A stretch of DNA of 32,000 nucleotides from Rhodospirillaceae bacterium. Its GTDB lineage: Bacteria; Pseudomonadota; Alphaproteobacteria; Rhodospirillales; Rhodospirillaceae. Positions within the stretch are counted from its first letter, which is position 1; each line of letters starts with the position of its first letter. This document shows, piece by piece, positions 16,455 to 27,000 of this stretch. The position numbers and the translations under genes were made by a program. The stretch is from NCBI GenBank assembly GCA_947476695.1, contig CANJRD010000013.1, positions 69,605 to 101,604 of the forward strand, written 5' to 3'. The notes under the pieces are model-generated. The model saw nothing but the letters and a program-made list of their open reading frames with translations. It did no database searches and was not told the origin of the DNA.

Positions 16455-16530
16455 TGGTGCCGGTTACGTGACTCGAACACGTGACCCCCTGATTACAAAT
16501 CAGGTGCTCTACCAGCTGAGCTAAACCGGC
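16455..16530 (-). tRNA. tRNA-Thr (anticodon UGU), CCA encoded
   Basis: The reverse complement GCCGGTTTAGCTCAGCTGGTAGAGCACCTGATTTGTAATCAGGGGGTCACGTGTTCGAGTCACGTAACCGGCACCA folds as a cloverleaf: 7-bp acceptor, GCTC/GAGC D stem, CCTGA/TCAGG anticodon stem with loop TTTGTAA, ACGTG/CACGT T stem. Confidence 0.95.
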
Positions 16531-16603
16531 TATGTCCGCCGGACCTTATGTCCGGCGGGTCGAAAGGGCAAGCGCACGCCCGCTGACGAAACGTCGGCGG
16601 ATG

Positions 16604-17773
16604 CTATGTGTTCGCGGGCGTCTGGCGCGTCCACTCATACAGTGCGACGGCGGCGGCATTGGAGACGTTCAGGCTTTCCATGGGCCCGCGCATCGGAAGG
16701 TGGGCGAGGTGGTCGCAGGTCTCGCGTACGAGGCGGCGCAGGCCTTCGCCTTCGGCGCCCACCAGCAGCGCGATGCGACCGGTGAGATCGACGGCGCTGA
16801 GTTCCTGCGGTGCGTCGGCGGCAAGGCCGACCATCCAGAAGCCGTGTTCCTTCAGCTGCTCCAGCACACGCACAAGGTTGCCGCCCTTGATGTACGGCGT
16901 GACATCGAGCGCACCCGATGCCGCTTTCGCCATTGTGCCGGTTTCCTCCGGCGCGCCGCGCTCGGGTGCGATCACCGCCGCGGCGCCGAAGGCGGCGGCT
17001 GAGCGCATCACCGCGCCCACGTTATGCGGATCGGTCACTTGATCGAGGATCATCAGGCAGACGCTCTTGCGGTCGCCGAGAGCTTCGAGCACCTCGCCGA
17101 GGTCCGGCTCCAGCGTGCGTGCGAGCACAGCGATGCCTTGGTGCACCGCGTTAGGGCCGACCAGGGAATCGATTTCACTGCGACCGCTTGTCTGCGCGTG
17201 CGCGAGGCCGGGCACGTCGATCTCGGGATCGTTGCGCAAGATCGCCAGCGCTTCGGCCGTGCCGGCGATGCGCAGGATCTTGCGGGCCGGGTTGCGCAAC
17301 GCGGCGGTGACCGCATGCAGGCCGTGGATCCAGACCTCGCCGGCGACGGCCCTTTGTTGACCGTCATGGCCGCGTCCCGGCCGTGCCTCGCGCCGCTTGG
17401 GTAACGCCTCGGTGTCGCGTTGCTTGCTGGGTGCGTGGCTCTCGCGCGCCTCCCGGGGCTCTTGATGCTTCGCGGGTGGCGTGTGCGCGCGCGCCTCGCG
17501 GTGCTTGACGAACGGGGTGTTCTCACGCGGGTCGCGGCGCTTGTCCGCAGCGGTGTTCTCGCGGGGCGCTTGGCGCTTTCCGGCCTTGTCGTTGTCACGG
17601 GCAGCGTTGCGCTTGCCGGAGGTATGGTTCGCGCGCGGGTCGCGGTCGCGTCCCTTACCGAACGCGTCGTTCGCGCGCGGATCGCGGCGCTGACCGGACG
17701 CTTCGTTGTCGCGCCGGCCGCGAGGCGCTTGCGGGCGCGCCGGTCCCGATCCGCGATGCGTCTTCTTGGCCAT
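16604..17773 (-). CDS. rlmB: TrmH/SpoU-family RNA 2'-O-methyltransferase (RlmB-like) with a ~160-aa basic repetitive N-terminal extension
   Basis: The likely start is ATG 17771-17773 (MAKKTHRGSG...); the track ORF begins 19 codons upstream. The core shows a substrate-binding domain (VWIHGLHAVTAAL) and SpoU methylase motifs (LILDQVTDPHNVGAVMRSAAAFGA, LLVGAEGEGL, ESLNVSNAAAVALYE). Confidence 0.8.
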   Translation of the reverse strand: MAKKTHRGSGPARPQAPRGRRDNEASGQRRDPRANDAFGKGRDRDPRANHTSGKRNAARDNDKAGKRQAPRENTAADKRRDPRENTPFVKHREARAHTPPAKHQEPREARESHAPSKQRDTEALPKRREARPGRGHDGQQRAVAGEVWIHGLHAVTAALRNPARKILRIAGTAEALAILRNDPEIDVPGLAHAQTSGRSEIDSLVGPNAVHQGIAVLARTLEPDLGEVLEALGDRKSVCLMILDQVTDPHNVGAVMRSAAAFGAAAVIAPERGAPEETGTMAKAASGALDVTPYIKGGNLVRVLEQLKEHGFWMVGLAADAPQELSAVDLTGRIALLVGAEGEGLRRLVRETCDHLAHLPMRGPMESLNVSNAAAVALYEWTRQTPANT

Positions 17774-17914
17774 GGCGCTTCCCTTTAAACGTGATGGGCT
17801 TGGCCTACCGGGCTTTTCAAGCCGTGACAAGGCGGGGCCTGAAAATGTGCCGCCCGCACGCCATTTTATGCGGTGCTATCGTCGTTTTCTCATTGGCCCA
17901 GCGGCCTTTTTCAC

Positions 17915-17943
17915 GTTGACAAGGTCCGGCCCACCGCATACTT
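17915..17943 (+). promoter_or_regulatory. Candidate sigma-70-type promoter for tRNA-Tyr
   Basis: A perfect TTGACA lies at 17915-17920. The only candidate -10 is weak (ATACCT/TACCTT, 16-17 nt downstream), about 46 nt before the tRNA. Sequence pattern only. Confidence 0.25.
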
Positions 17944-17988
17944 GGAGCACCTTCCCGCGACCCGGGAAGCTCCTTCGCCGTGGGTTTA

Positions 17989-18075
17989 GGAGGGGTGGCC
18001 GAGCGGTCAATGGCAGCAGACTGTAAATCTGCCGACTTCACGTCTACGAAGGTTCGAATCCTTCCCCCTCCACCA
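17989..18075 (+). tRNA. tRNA-Tyr (anticodon GUA), long variable arm, CCA encoded
   Basis: GGAGGGG acceptor pairs with CCCCTCC. Anticodon stem GCAGA/TCTGC with loop CTGTAAA; T arm GAAGG TTCGAAT CCTTC. Confidence 0.95.
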
Positions 18076-18098
18076 CTGCCCCGCAGTTAGATCCGCCC

Positions 18099-18353
18099 AT
18101 GACCGACACCTTGCCTGATCGCCTTTCGACCAACCCCAGCAGCCCTCACTACAACGAGGAACTGCTTCAGCGCGGCATCGGTATCCGTTTCAACGGGGCC
18201 GAAAAGACGACGGTCGAGGAATACTGTGTCAGCGAGGGTTGGATCCGTGTCGCCGCAGGCAAAAGCCTGGACCGCAACGGCAACCCGATGACCATCATGC
18301 TGCGCGGCAAAGTCGAACCCTATCTGCGTGGGCCGGACGCCGCTTCGGAGTAG
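18099..18353 (+). CDS. DUF3297-family small protein
   Basis: 84 aa: MTDTLPDRLSTNPSSPHYNEELLQRGIGIRFNGAEKTTVEEYCVSEGWIRV... resembles the conserved alphaproteobacterial DUF3297 family (from memory of that family's N-terminus). Confidence 0.6.
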   Translation: MTDTLPDRLSTNPSSPHYNEELLQRGIGIRFNGAEKTTVEEYCVSEGWIRVAAGKSLDRNGNPMTIMLRGKVEPYLRGPDAASE

Positions 18354-18405
18354 ATCCGACAAAGCCCTTGCTGGCCGGTAAACGGCCTGCGAATACTCAA
18401 GGCGC

Positions 18406-18479
18406 GCGGGTGTAGCTCAATGGTAGAGCAGAAGCCTTCCAAGCTTACGACGAGGGTTCGATTCCCTTCACCCGCTCCA
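18406..18479 (+). tRNA. tRNA-Gly (anticodon UCC), CCA encoded
   Basis: GCGGGTG acceptor pairs with CACCCGC. D stem GCTC/GAGC; anticodon loop CTTCCAA; T arm GAGGG TTCGATT CCCTT. Confidence 0.9.
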
Positions 18480-18483
18480 TACT

Positions 18484-18599
18484 AGCTTTCGTTAACGCGC
18501 GTAGAGCGTTTACGAAAGCTGTACCGCTTCGAGCTTTCGCGTAGCGAAAGCGAGGGCGGCCGGTCGCATAGAACGCAAGCGCCTGTGAGCTTCGGCTCA
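18484..18599 (+). other. Three consecutive stem-loops downstream of tRNA-Gly (two share an AGCTTTCG/CGAAAGC arm motif)
   Basis: Hairpin 1, 18484-18520: AGCTTTCGT-t-AACGC [GCGTAGA] GCGTT-t-ACGAAAGCT. Hairpin 2, 18533-18551: GCTTTCGC [GTA] GCGAAAGC. Hairpin 3, 18586-18599: TGAGC [TTCG] GCTCA. No U-tracts follow. Confidence 0.5.
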
Positions 18600-18902
18600 G
18601 CAAGTCCAACGCGGTTCTTCACCACTTCCAACACCAAACCGCAGCAGCGATTGCTTGAAGGTACTGTCGCGGTGTGTTTGTCGCTGCGACGAACGCGCGC
18701 CTGCAGGCGACGACAAGGGTGCTGCGGGTGGATGGATGGGATTTTCGCAAGCTGACGTAGGCGTCATCCTCCCGGGCTTGATGGGATTGATATTTAAGGG
18801 TACACGGCTTGCCGCGGTCGGGTGCGTTAACCAAGTAACCTAGCCGCTAAAAGTCGCCGCAAAAGTCTATGTGCATCGCCCTCCAGAACCGGGACCAGCG
18901 CC

Positions 18903-20093
<1,191 letters not shown>

Positions 20094-20166
20094 ATTACAA
20101 CTTTTGCGGTTTCGGGCCATTTGGCCCTGTCGCACGGGTGGGCCGTTAAGGGCCCTTGATTCAGGC

Positions 20167-20197
20167 GACCGGCGCGGGGTATACCCCGTCGCCGGTC
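20167..20197 (+). terminator. Strong GC-rich hairpin after tuf (terminator-like, no clear U-tract)
   Basis: GACCGGCGCGGGG [TATA] CCCCG-t-CGCCGGTC. Its 3' arm (CCGGTCG, 20192-20198) can alternatively pair with CGACCGG at 20212-20218, giving mutually exclusive structures. Confidence 0.4.
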
Positions 20198-20342
20198 GGC
20201 ACCTCCCGTGTCGACCGGTACTTTCGTATTGCCTAAAGGCAACAGCGGTTTAGCGGCGGTGACAGACGTGACGTGCGCAGTGAGCCCAGGAGGTCGGGTT
20301 CATTCGTGCCACTTCATGTGAAGATAGCAGAATCAAGGTCTT

Positions 20343-20418
20343 AGGGGTGTAGCTCAACTGGTAGAGCACCGGTCTCCAAAACCGGGGGTTGTAGGTTCGA
20401 CCCCTATCGCCCCTGCCA
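20343..20418 (+). tRNA. tRNA-Trp (anticodon CCA), CCA encoded
   Basis: AGGGGTG acceptor pairs with CGCCCCT. Anticodon stem CCGGT/ACCGG with loop CTCCAAA; T arm GTAGG TTCGACC CCTAT. Confidence 0.95.
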
Positions 20419-20529
20419 CCTTGGATCGGCTTGTTACTCCTGAAGGGGGCCCGCGAGGGCTCTAAGACCGCCGCTAGAGAACGCGACGAGAGTCAAAGAT
20501 TGTAACGTTGGATTCGTGAATTTCGACTG

Positions 20530-20718
20530 ATGGCAAACCCGTCCCCAGGTCTTTTCGTCCGGCAGGTCCGCCAGGAGCTGGCAAAGGTCACGTGGCCGAG
20601 CCGTCGCGAGACGGTCCAGGCCATCGTGGCGATCTTCGTCTTCTGCATTCTGATCGGCGCTTACTTCCTCGTCGTGGACAAAGTCCTGGCGTGGGGCGTG
20701 TCGATGATCTTCGGCTGA
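20530..20718 (+). CDS. secE: Preprotein translocase subunit SecE
   Basis: 62 aa: FVRQVRQELAKVTWPSRRETVQ followed by a single TM helix (AIVAIFVFCILIGAYFLVV). It sits in the conserved position between tRNA-Trp and nusG. Confidence 0.9.
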   Translation: MANPSPGLFVRQVRQELAKVTWPSRRETVQAIVAIFVFCILIGAYFLVVDKVLAWGVSMIFG

Positions 20719-20729
20719 GGGGCTAAGCC

Positions 20730-21257
20730 ATGGCGGCGAAGTGGTACGTGCTGCACGTGTATTCGGGCTTCGAGAATAAGGTTGCCGCGTCGATCCGCGA
20801 GCAAGCCGCTCAGCATGGCATGAGCGACAAGATCGAAGAAGTGCTCGTCCCGATGGAAGAGGTCGTCGAGGTCCGTCGCGGCGCGAAGGTGAAGGCGGAG
20901 CGGAAGTTCTTCCCCGGCTACGTCCTGATCAAAGTCGATCTCACGGACGAAGCCTGGCACTTGGTGAAGAACACGCCGAAGGTCACCGGTTTCCTCGGCG
21001 GCAACAAGCCGCGGCCGATGTCGGCTTCCGAGGCGGACCGCATTCAGAAGCAGGTCCAGGAAGGCATCGAGCGGCCCAAGCCCTCGATCGTCTTCGAGGT
21101 GGGCGAACAGGTGCGCGTCTCCGATGGTCCGTTCTCGTCGTTCAACGGCGTGGTCGAGGACGTCGACGAGGAGAAGGCGCGTCTCAAGGTGTCGGTGTCG
21201 ATCTTCGGTCGATCCACGCCTGTGGAATTGGAATACAGCCAGGTCGAGAAGCTCTGA
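20730..21257 (+). CDS. nusG: Transcription termination/antitermination factor NusG
   Basis: 175 aa: [15 protein letters not shown] (NGN domain) and a C-terminal KOW ([22 protein letters not shown]). Confidence 0.95.
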   Translation: MAAKWYVLHVYSGFENKVAASIREQAAQHGMSDKIEEVLVPMEEVVEVRRGAKVKAERKFFPGYVLIKVDLTDEAWHLVKNTPKVTGFLGGNKPRPMSASEADRIQKQVQEGIERPKPSIVFEVGEQVRVSDGPFSSFNGVVEDVDEEKARLKVSVSIFGRSTPVELEYSQVEKL

Positions 21258-21400
21258 CCTGACTGAGGAGACGTCTTTGCGCTGTAAAGGCGCGGAGGCG
21301 AAAGCTTCTGTGGAAGGTTAGCCTCAAAGTCCAAGGGGCGCCGTACCACGGAACCCGGCCCGTCGGAGGGTGATCCGGCGCTTTTTGGCTAGAGGAAGCT

Positions 21401-21829
21401 ATGGCAAAGAAAATTGAAGCCTACGTAAAACTCGAAATTCCATCGGGCAAAGCGAATCCGTCGCCGCCCGTTGGTCCGGCGCTCGGTCAGCGCGGCGTGA
21501 ACATCATGCAGTTCTGCAAAGAGTTCAACGCGGCGACCCAGGGCGGCGAGATCGGCGTTCCGACCCCGGTCGTGATCACGGTCTACTCCGACCGTACCTT
21601 CACGTTCGTCACGAAGACCCCTCCGACGAGCTTCTTCCTGAAGCGCGCCGCGAAGATCGAAAAGGGTTCGGGCACCACCGGCCGCGGTACCGCGGGCAAG
21701 GTGACCAAAGCTCAGATTCGCGAAATCGCTGAGAAGAAGATGCCGGACCTGAACTGCGCGACCGTTGAATCGGCGATGGCGCAGGTCGAAGGATCGGCGC
21801 GTTCTATGGGCCTCGAGGTGGTGGGTTAA
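21401..21829 (+). CDS. rplK: 50S ribosomal protein L11
   Basis: 142 aa: [55 protein letters not shown]. Confidence 0.97.
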   Translation: MAKKIEAYVKLEIPSGKANPSPPVGPALGQRGVNIMQFCKEFNAATQGGEIGVPTPVVITVYSDRTFTFVTKTPPTSFFLKRAAKIEKGSGTTGRGTAGKVTKAQIREIAEKKMPDLNCATVESAMAQVEGSARSMGLEVVG

Positions 21830-21834
21830 CGATC

Positions 21835-22530
21835 ATGGCAATTGGAAAGCGTTTGAAGGCGGGCCTCGCCACTGTCGACCGTGAAACGATCTACTCGGTC
21901 GCGGATGCGGTGAATCTGGTGAAGGGTGCCGCCAAGGCAAAGTTCGACGAGACGATCGAAGTCGCGATCAATCTCGGCGTCGATCCGAAGCATGCGGATC
22001 AGATGGTGCGTGGCGTTGTCGCCCTGCCGCACGGCACGGGTAAGACGATGCGCGTCGCCGTGTTCGCGAAGGGCGACAAGGCGAAGGAAGCGACCGACGC
22101 CGGTGCCGATCTCGTCGGCGCGGAAGATCTGGCTGAGAAGATCACCGCCGGCGAAATGGGCTTCGACCGCGTGATCGCGACCCCGGACATGATGGGCGTC
22201 GTCGGCCGTCTCGGTAAGGTGCTCGGCCCCCGCGGCCTGATGCCGAACCCGAAGCTTGGCACCGTCACTGCGGACGTGAAGACCGCCGTGAAGAACGCCA
22301 AGGCCGGTGAAGTTCAGTTCCGCGTCGAGAAGGCGGGCATCGTGCACGCCGGTATCGGCAAGGCCAGCTTCAGTGCGCAGCAGCTGCAGGAAAACGTGAA
22401 GGCGTTCGTCGACGCGATCCTGAAGGCGAAGCCCACCGGCGCGAAGGGCACGTACCTCAACAAGATTTCCATCAGCTCCACCATGGGGCCTGGTGTGAAG
22501 GTGAATCTCTCCGACGCGAGCAATCGCTAA
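21835..22530 (+). CDS. rplA: 50S ribosomal protein L1
   Basis: 231 aa: [34 protein letters not shown]... Starts 5 nt after the rplK stop. Confidence 0.97.
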   Translation: MAIGKRLKAGLATVDRETIYSVADAVNLVKGAAKAKFDETIEVAINLGVDPKHADQMVRGVVALPHGTGKTMRVAVFAKGDKAKEATDAGADLVGAEDLAEKITAGEMGFDRVIATPDMMGVVGRLGKVLGPRGLMPNPKLGTVTADVKTAVKNAKAGEVQFRVEKAGIVHAGIGKASFSAQQLQENVKAFVDAILKAKPTGAKGTYLNKISISSTMGPGVKVNLSDASNR

Positions 22531-22806
22531 GGGGAGCGATACCGCCGCGAGAGATCGCGGCGGGAGACCTGTCCGAGACTGATGGTGCCAAAGTCTGCTT
22601 GCAGACGGCGGCATAAAGGCAAGACCGCCATCACAGACGGGAGTTGGCAAGACGCTAACGTTCGGTTGCTGTCTATCGCGGCCTAACTCGGCGACTTGGA
22701 GCTTCTGGGGCAGGAGAGAACCGATGGATGCGGTTTTCCTCGTCCGTCGGCATTGCAACCGGTCCGCATATCGCAAGATGCGCGGACCTCAGGAGCGGAG
22801 ACCAAG
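22531..22806 (+). promoter_or_regulatory. rplJ 5' leader (expected site of L10/L12 autoregulation), including a 9-bp-stem GAGA-loop hairpin
   Basis: A 276-nt untranslated gap lies between rplA and rplJ, as in other bacteria where an L10-leader RNA is found. Hairpin CCGCCGCGA [GAGA] TCGCGGCGG at 22542-22563. The leader fold itself was not verified. Confidence 0.4.
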
Positions 22807-23325
22807 GTGAACCGAGAGCAAAAGCAGGAGCTGATTTCCAGCTTGAACGCGCTGCTCGCGGGCCAGATGACCGTGGTCGTCACCCATAATCTTGGGCTGA
22901 CGGTCTCGGAAACTCAGGCCCTGCGTAAGCAGATGCGTGAAGCTGGTGCCAGCTTCAAAGTCGCTAAGAACCGGCTCGCGCGTCTCGCTCTTGCCGGCAC
23001 GAAGTTCGAAGGCCTGGCCGATCTGCTGAAGGGCCCGACGGGTATCGCTTACTCGACGGATCCGGTGGCACCGGCGAAGGTCGCTGCGAAGTTCGCGAAG
23101 GACAATAAGAAGTTTGTGATCCTTGGCGGGTCACTCGATGGGCAAACGATGAACGTTGCGGGCATTGAAAGCCTCGCCACGCTCCCGTCGCTCAACGAGC
23201 TGCGCGCCAAGCTGGTCGGCATGATCCAGACGCCGGCCACGCGTATCGCTGGGGTGCTTGCTGCTCCCGGCGGTCAGATCGCTCGTGTCCTGAGCGCTCG
23301 TGCCAAGCAGGGCGAAGCCGCCTAG
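22807..23325 (+). CDS. rplJ: 50S ribosomal protein L10
   Basis: The track ORF starts at 22696, but L10 homology begins at GTG 22807 ([17 protein letters not shown]...), preceded by GGAGCGGAG. 172 aa. Confidence 0.9.
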   Translation: MNREQKQELISSLNALLAGQMTVVVTHNLGLTVSETQALRKQMREAGASFKVAKNRLARLALAGTKFEGLADLLKGPTGIAYSTDPVAPAKVAAKFAKDNKKFVILGGSLDGQTMNVAGIESLATLPSLNELRAKLVGMIQTPATRIAGVLAAPGGQIARVLSARAKQGEAA

Positions 23326-23371
23326 AGCCTATTGCAACCGAAACAAACAGAACTCATCCAGGAGAACTAAA

Positions 23372-23743
23372 ATGGCCGATCTTGCCAAAATCGTTGACGA
23401 TCTTTCTGCCCTGACCGTGTTGGAAGCCGCTGAGCTGTCGAAGCTTCTCGAAGAGAAGTGGGGCGTCTCCGCCGCTGCTCCGGTCGCCGTTGCCGCTGCT
23501 GGTGGCGCTGCCGCCCCGGCCGCTGAAGTGAAGGACACGTTCGACGTGATCCTCGCCGAAGCCGGCGCGAACAAGATCAACGTGATCAAAGAAGTCCGCG
23601 GCATCACCAACCTCGGCCTGAAGGAAGCCAAGGACCTCGTCGAAGGCGCTCCGAAGCCGGTGAAGGAAGGCGTGAACAAGGACGAAGCCGAACAGATCAA
23701 GAAGAAGCTCGAAGACGCCGGCGCGAAAGTCACCATTAAGTAG
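23372..23743 (+). CDS. rplL: 50S ribosomal protein L7/L12
   Basis: ATG 23372 ([37 protein letters not shown]...), an Ala-rich hinge, and the C-terminal [33 protein letters not shown]. Confidence 0.97.
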   Translation: MADLAKIVDDLSALTVLEAAELSKLLEEKWGVSAAAPVAVAAAGGAAAPAAEVKDTFDVILAEAGANKINVIKEVRGITNLGLKEAKDLVEGAPKPVKEGVNKDEAEQIKKKLEDAGAKVTIK

Positions 23744-23767
23744 TTTTCGCTTCGCCGAATACCGAAG

Positions 23768-23804
23768 GGGCCGGGCCGCAAAACCAGCTTTTGCGACCCG
23801 GCCC
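23768..23804 (+). terminator. rplL-rpoB intergenic hairpin (attenuator-like)
   Basis: GGGCCGGGCCGCAAAA [CCAGC] TTTTGCGACCCGGCCC, 15 of 16 bp paired, 24 nt after the rplL stop. No U-tract. The position corresponds to the partial terminator known between rplL and rpoB in E. coli. Confidence 0.5.
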
Positions 23805-24009
23805 ATCGGCGTTCAACGCGAGGCTGCGTTTTCATAGGCAGCGCAAGTTCAAGTTCGCTGCGGATGTAAGTGCAGAAACGAGTTTTCGGAGTGGGCGAGC
23901 GAAAGTTTGCCGCGGTCACTATATGGACCGGCTCCGCCAAGTTTTTTTGAGGTAGCCGCCGGGCAATCGCGTGCCCGGACGGCGGATCGGACAAGGACGA
24001 GGAACGGGT

Positions 24010-27000
24010 ATGGCCAAATCTCTCACCGGTCGGAAGCGTGTTCGTAAGGACTTCGGGCGTATCCCCGTGGTCGCCCCGATGCCGAACCTCATCGAGGTTC
24101 AAAAGAGCTCGTACGACAAATTCTTGCAGGCGAATTCCCCCCTGGACGTGCGTCAGCGCTCCGGGCTGTGGGACGTCTTCAAGTCCGTCTTCCCGATCAA
24201 GGACTTCGCCGGGAAGGGCGAGCTTGAGTTCGTCGCTTACGAACTCGAAGCGCCGAAGTACGACGTTGAAGAATGCCAACAGCGCGGCATGACGTTCTCC
24301 GCGCCGCTGAAGGTCACGCTGCGCCTTGTGGTGTGGGACATCGACGAAGACACCGGCGCCCGCTCCGTTCGCGACATCAAGGAGCAAGACGTTTACATGG
24401 GCGATATGCCGCTCATGACCGATCACGGCACGTTCATCATCAACGGCACCGAGCGCGTCATCGTCTCGCAGATGCACCGTTCGCCGGGCGTGTTCTTCGA
24501 TCACGACAAGGGCAAGACCCACTCGTCGGGCAAGTACCTGTTCGCCGCGCGCGTGATCCCGTATCGCGGTTCGTGGCTCGACTTCGAATTCGACGCCAAG
24601 GATCTGGTTTACGTGCGCATCGATCGCCGCCGTAAGCTGCCGGTCACGACGCTGCTGTACGCGCTCGACGGCAAGGACACCGAAGCTCTGCGCGGCAAGC
24701 GTGCCAAGCAGTCGAAGTCTGTCGATCCGCAGGAAGTGCAGGGGATGTCGGCGGAAGAGATCCTCAACTACTTCTACGAAACGCAGACCTTCACCCGCGA
24801 GAAGAAGGGCTGGCGTACCGACTTCATGCCGAACAAGCTTCGCAACGTGAAGCTGCTGTTCGACCTGGTCGACGCGAAGACCGGCAAGGTGCGCCTCGAG
24901 GCCGGCGAGAAGCTGAGCCCGCGCATCGCCGCCAAGCTCGAAAAGGACGGCCTGAAGGAACTGCGTATCAACCCGGAAGAGTTGATCGGCCGCTTCATCG
25001 CCGAAGACGTGGTCAACACCAAGACCGGCGAGATCTACATCGAAGCCGGTGACGAGATCACAGCCGACACGCTGCAGGCCTTCGAAGACAACAACGTCGA
25101 CAGCTTCCACACGCTGTTCATCGACGGCGTCAACGTCGGCCCGTACATTCGCAACACGCTGTCGCTCGACAAGAACACCAACCGCGACGAAGCGCTGGTC
25201 GATATCTATCGCGTGATGCGTCCGGGCGAACCGCCCACGCTGGAAACCGCCGAAGCGCTGTTCCAGGGGCTGTTCTTCGACTCCGAACGCTACGACCTCT
25301 CGGCCGTGGGCCGCGTGAAGATGAACGCGCGCCTGAACCTCACCAACGATGAAGTGCCGGATACCATCCGTCACCTGCGCAAGGACGACATCCTGCGCAT
25401 CATCAAGGTGCTGACGGAATTGAAGGACGGTCGCGGTGAAATCGACGACATCGATCACCTCGGCAACCGTCGCGTCCGTTCGGTCGGCGAGCTGATGGAA
25501 AACCAGTATCGCGTCGGCTTGCTCCGCATGGAGCGCGCCATTCGCGAACGCATGAGCTCGGTCGACATCGACACCGTGATGCCGCACGACCTGATCAACG
25601 CGAAGCCGGCCGCTGCGGCCGTGCGCGAGTTCTTCGGCTCGTCGCAGCTGTCGCAGTTCATGGATCAAACCAATCCGCTGTCGGAAATCACGCACAAGCG
25701 TCGCCTCTCGGCCCTCGGGCCGGGCGGTCTGACGCGCGAACGCGCGGGCTTCGAAGTCCGTGACGTGCACCCGACGCACTATGGCCGCATCTGCCCGATT
25801 GAAACGCCGGAAGGCCCGAACATCGGTCTGATCAACAGCCTCGCGACCTATGCCCGCGTGAACCAGTACGGCTTCATCGAAAGCCCGTACCGCAAGGTCA
25901 TCGACAACCGCGTCACCAACGAAGTGGTCTACCTCTCCGCGATGGAAGAGGGCCGCTACAACATCGCCCAGGCGAATGAAGTGGTGGATGCGAAGAACCA
26001 CCTCGTGCACGACCTGATCAACGTGCGTCGCTCGGGTGACAACCACCTCGTGCCGCCGACGGAAGTCCAATACATGGACGTTTCGCCGAAGCAGCTCGTG
26101 TCGGTCGCCGCCGCGCTCATCCCGTTCCTTGAGAACGATGACGCGAACCGCGCGCTGATGGGCTCGAACATGCAACGTCAGGCGGTGCCGCTGCTCCGCG
26201 CCGAAGCGCCGCTCGTCGGCACCGGTGTCGAAGAAGCTGTCGCGCGTGACTCCGGCGCGGCCACCGTCGCTCGTCGTACCGGCATTGTTCAGCAGGTCGA
26301 CGCGACCCGTATCGTCGTGCGTGCGACGGAAGACGCCTCGGCCACCGCGCCGGGCGTGGACATCTATCGCTTGTTGAAGTTCCAGCGCTCCAACCAGAAC
26401 ACCTGCATCACGCAAAAGCCGTTGGTGAAGGTGGGTGACGAAGTCGCACGCGGCGACATCATCGCCGATGGTCCGTCGACGGAGTTCGGCGAACTCGCGC
26501 TCGGCCGTAACGTGCTCGTCGCGTTCATGCCGTGGAATGGCTACAACTTCGAAGACTCGATCCTGATCTCCGAACGCATCGTGCGCGATGACGTGTTCAC
26601 TTCGATCCATATCGAAGAGTTCGAAGTCATGGCCCGCGACACCAAGCTCGGCCAGGAAGAAATCACGCGCGATATCCCGAACGTCGGTGAAGAAGCGCTT
26701 AAGAACCTCGACGAAGCCGGCATCGTCTACGTCGGCGCCGAAGTGAAGGCGGGCGACATTCTCGTCGGCAAGGTCACGCCGAAGGGTGAAAGCCCGGTCA
26801 CGCCGGAAGAGAAGCTGCTGCGCGCCATCTTCGGCGAAAAGGCCTCCGACGTGCGCGACACCAGCTTGCGCGTGCCGCCGGGTGCGCAAGGCACCATCGT
26901 TGAAGTGCGTGTGTTCAACCGCCGCGGCGTCGACAAGGACGAGCGCGCGTTGGCCATCGAGCGCATGGAAATCGAACGCCTCGCCAAGGACCGCGACGAC

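Larger units (their letters stand above)
8987..16467. mobile_element. Decayed integrative genomic island at the tRNA-Thr(UGU) 3' end (no integrase retained)
   Basis: Exact 13-bp direct repeat TGGTGCCGGTTAC at 8987-8999 and at 16455-16467; the second copy is the CCA-containing 3' terminus of the tRNA-Thr gene. The interior holds mobile-element modules (AlpA-like HTH, RepA-like ATPase fragment, terminase-nuclease-like fragments), lower-GC cargo and several truncation junctions. Confidence 0.75.

Noticed and set aside
17420-17788. Plus-strand ORFs (122 aa, 70 aa, 106 aa) over the 5' part of the rlmB-like gene
   Set aside because: They are antisense to the repetitive basic N-terminal extension. 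The repeats produce open antisense frames.
21258-21400. Rho-independent terminator or L11-leader structure between nusG and rplK (GCGCCG...CGGCGCTTTTT)
   Set aside because: A U-tract is present, but the proposed stem encloses a large, poorly paired loop. I could not derive a convincing fold by eye, so no feature was called.
21826-22776. 316-aa minus-strand ORF opposite rplA and the rplJ leader
   Set aside because: Antisense to L1, with no motifs. The + strand is clearly coding.
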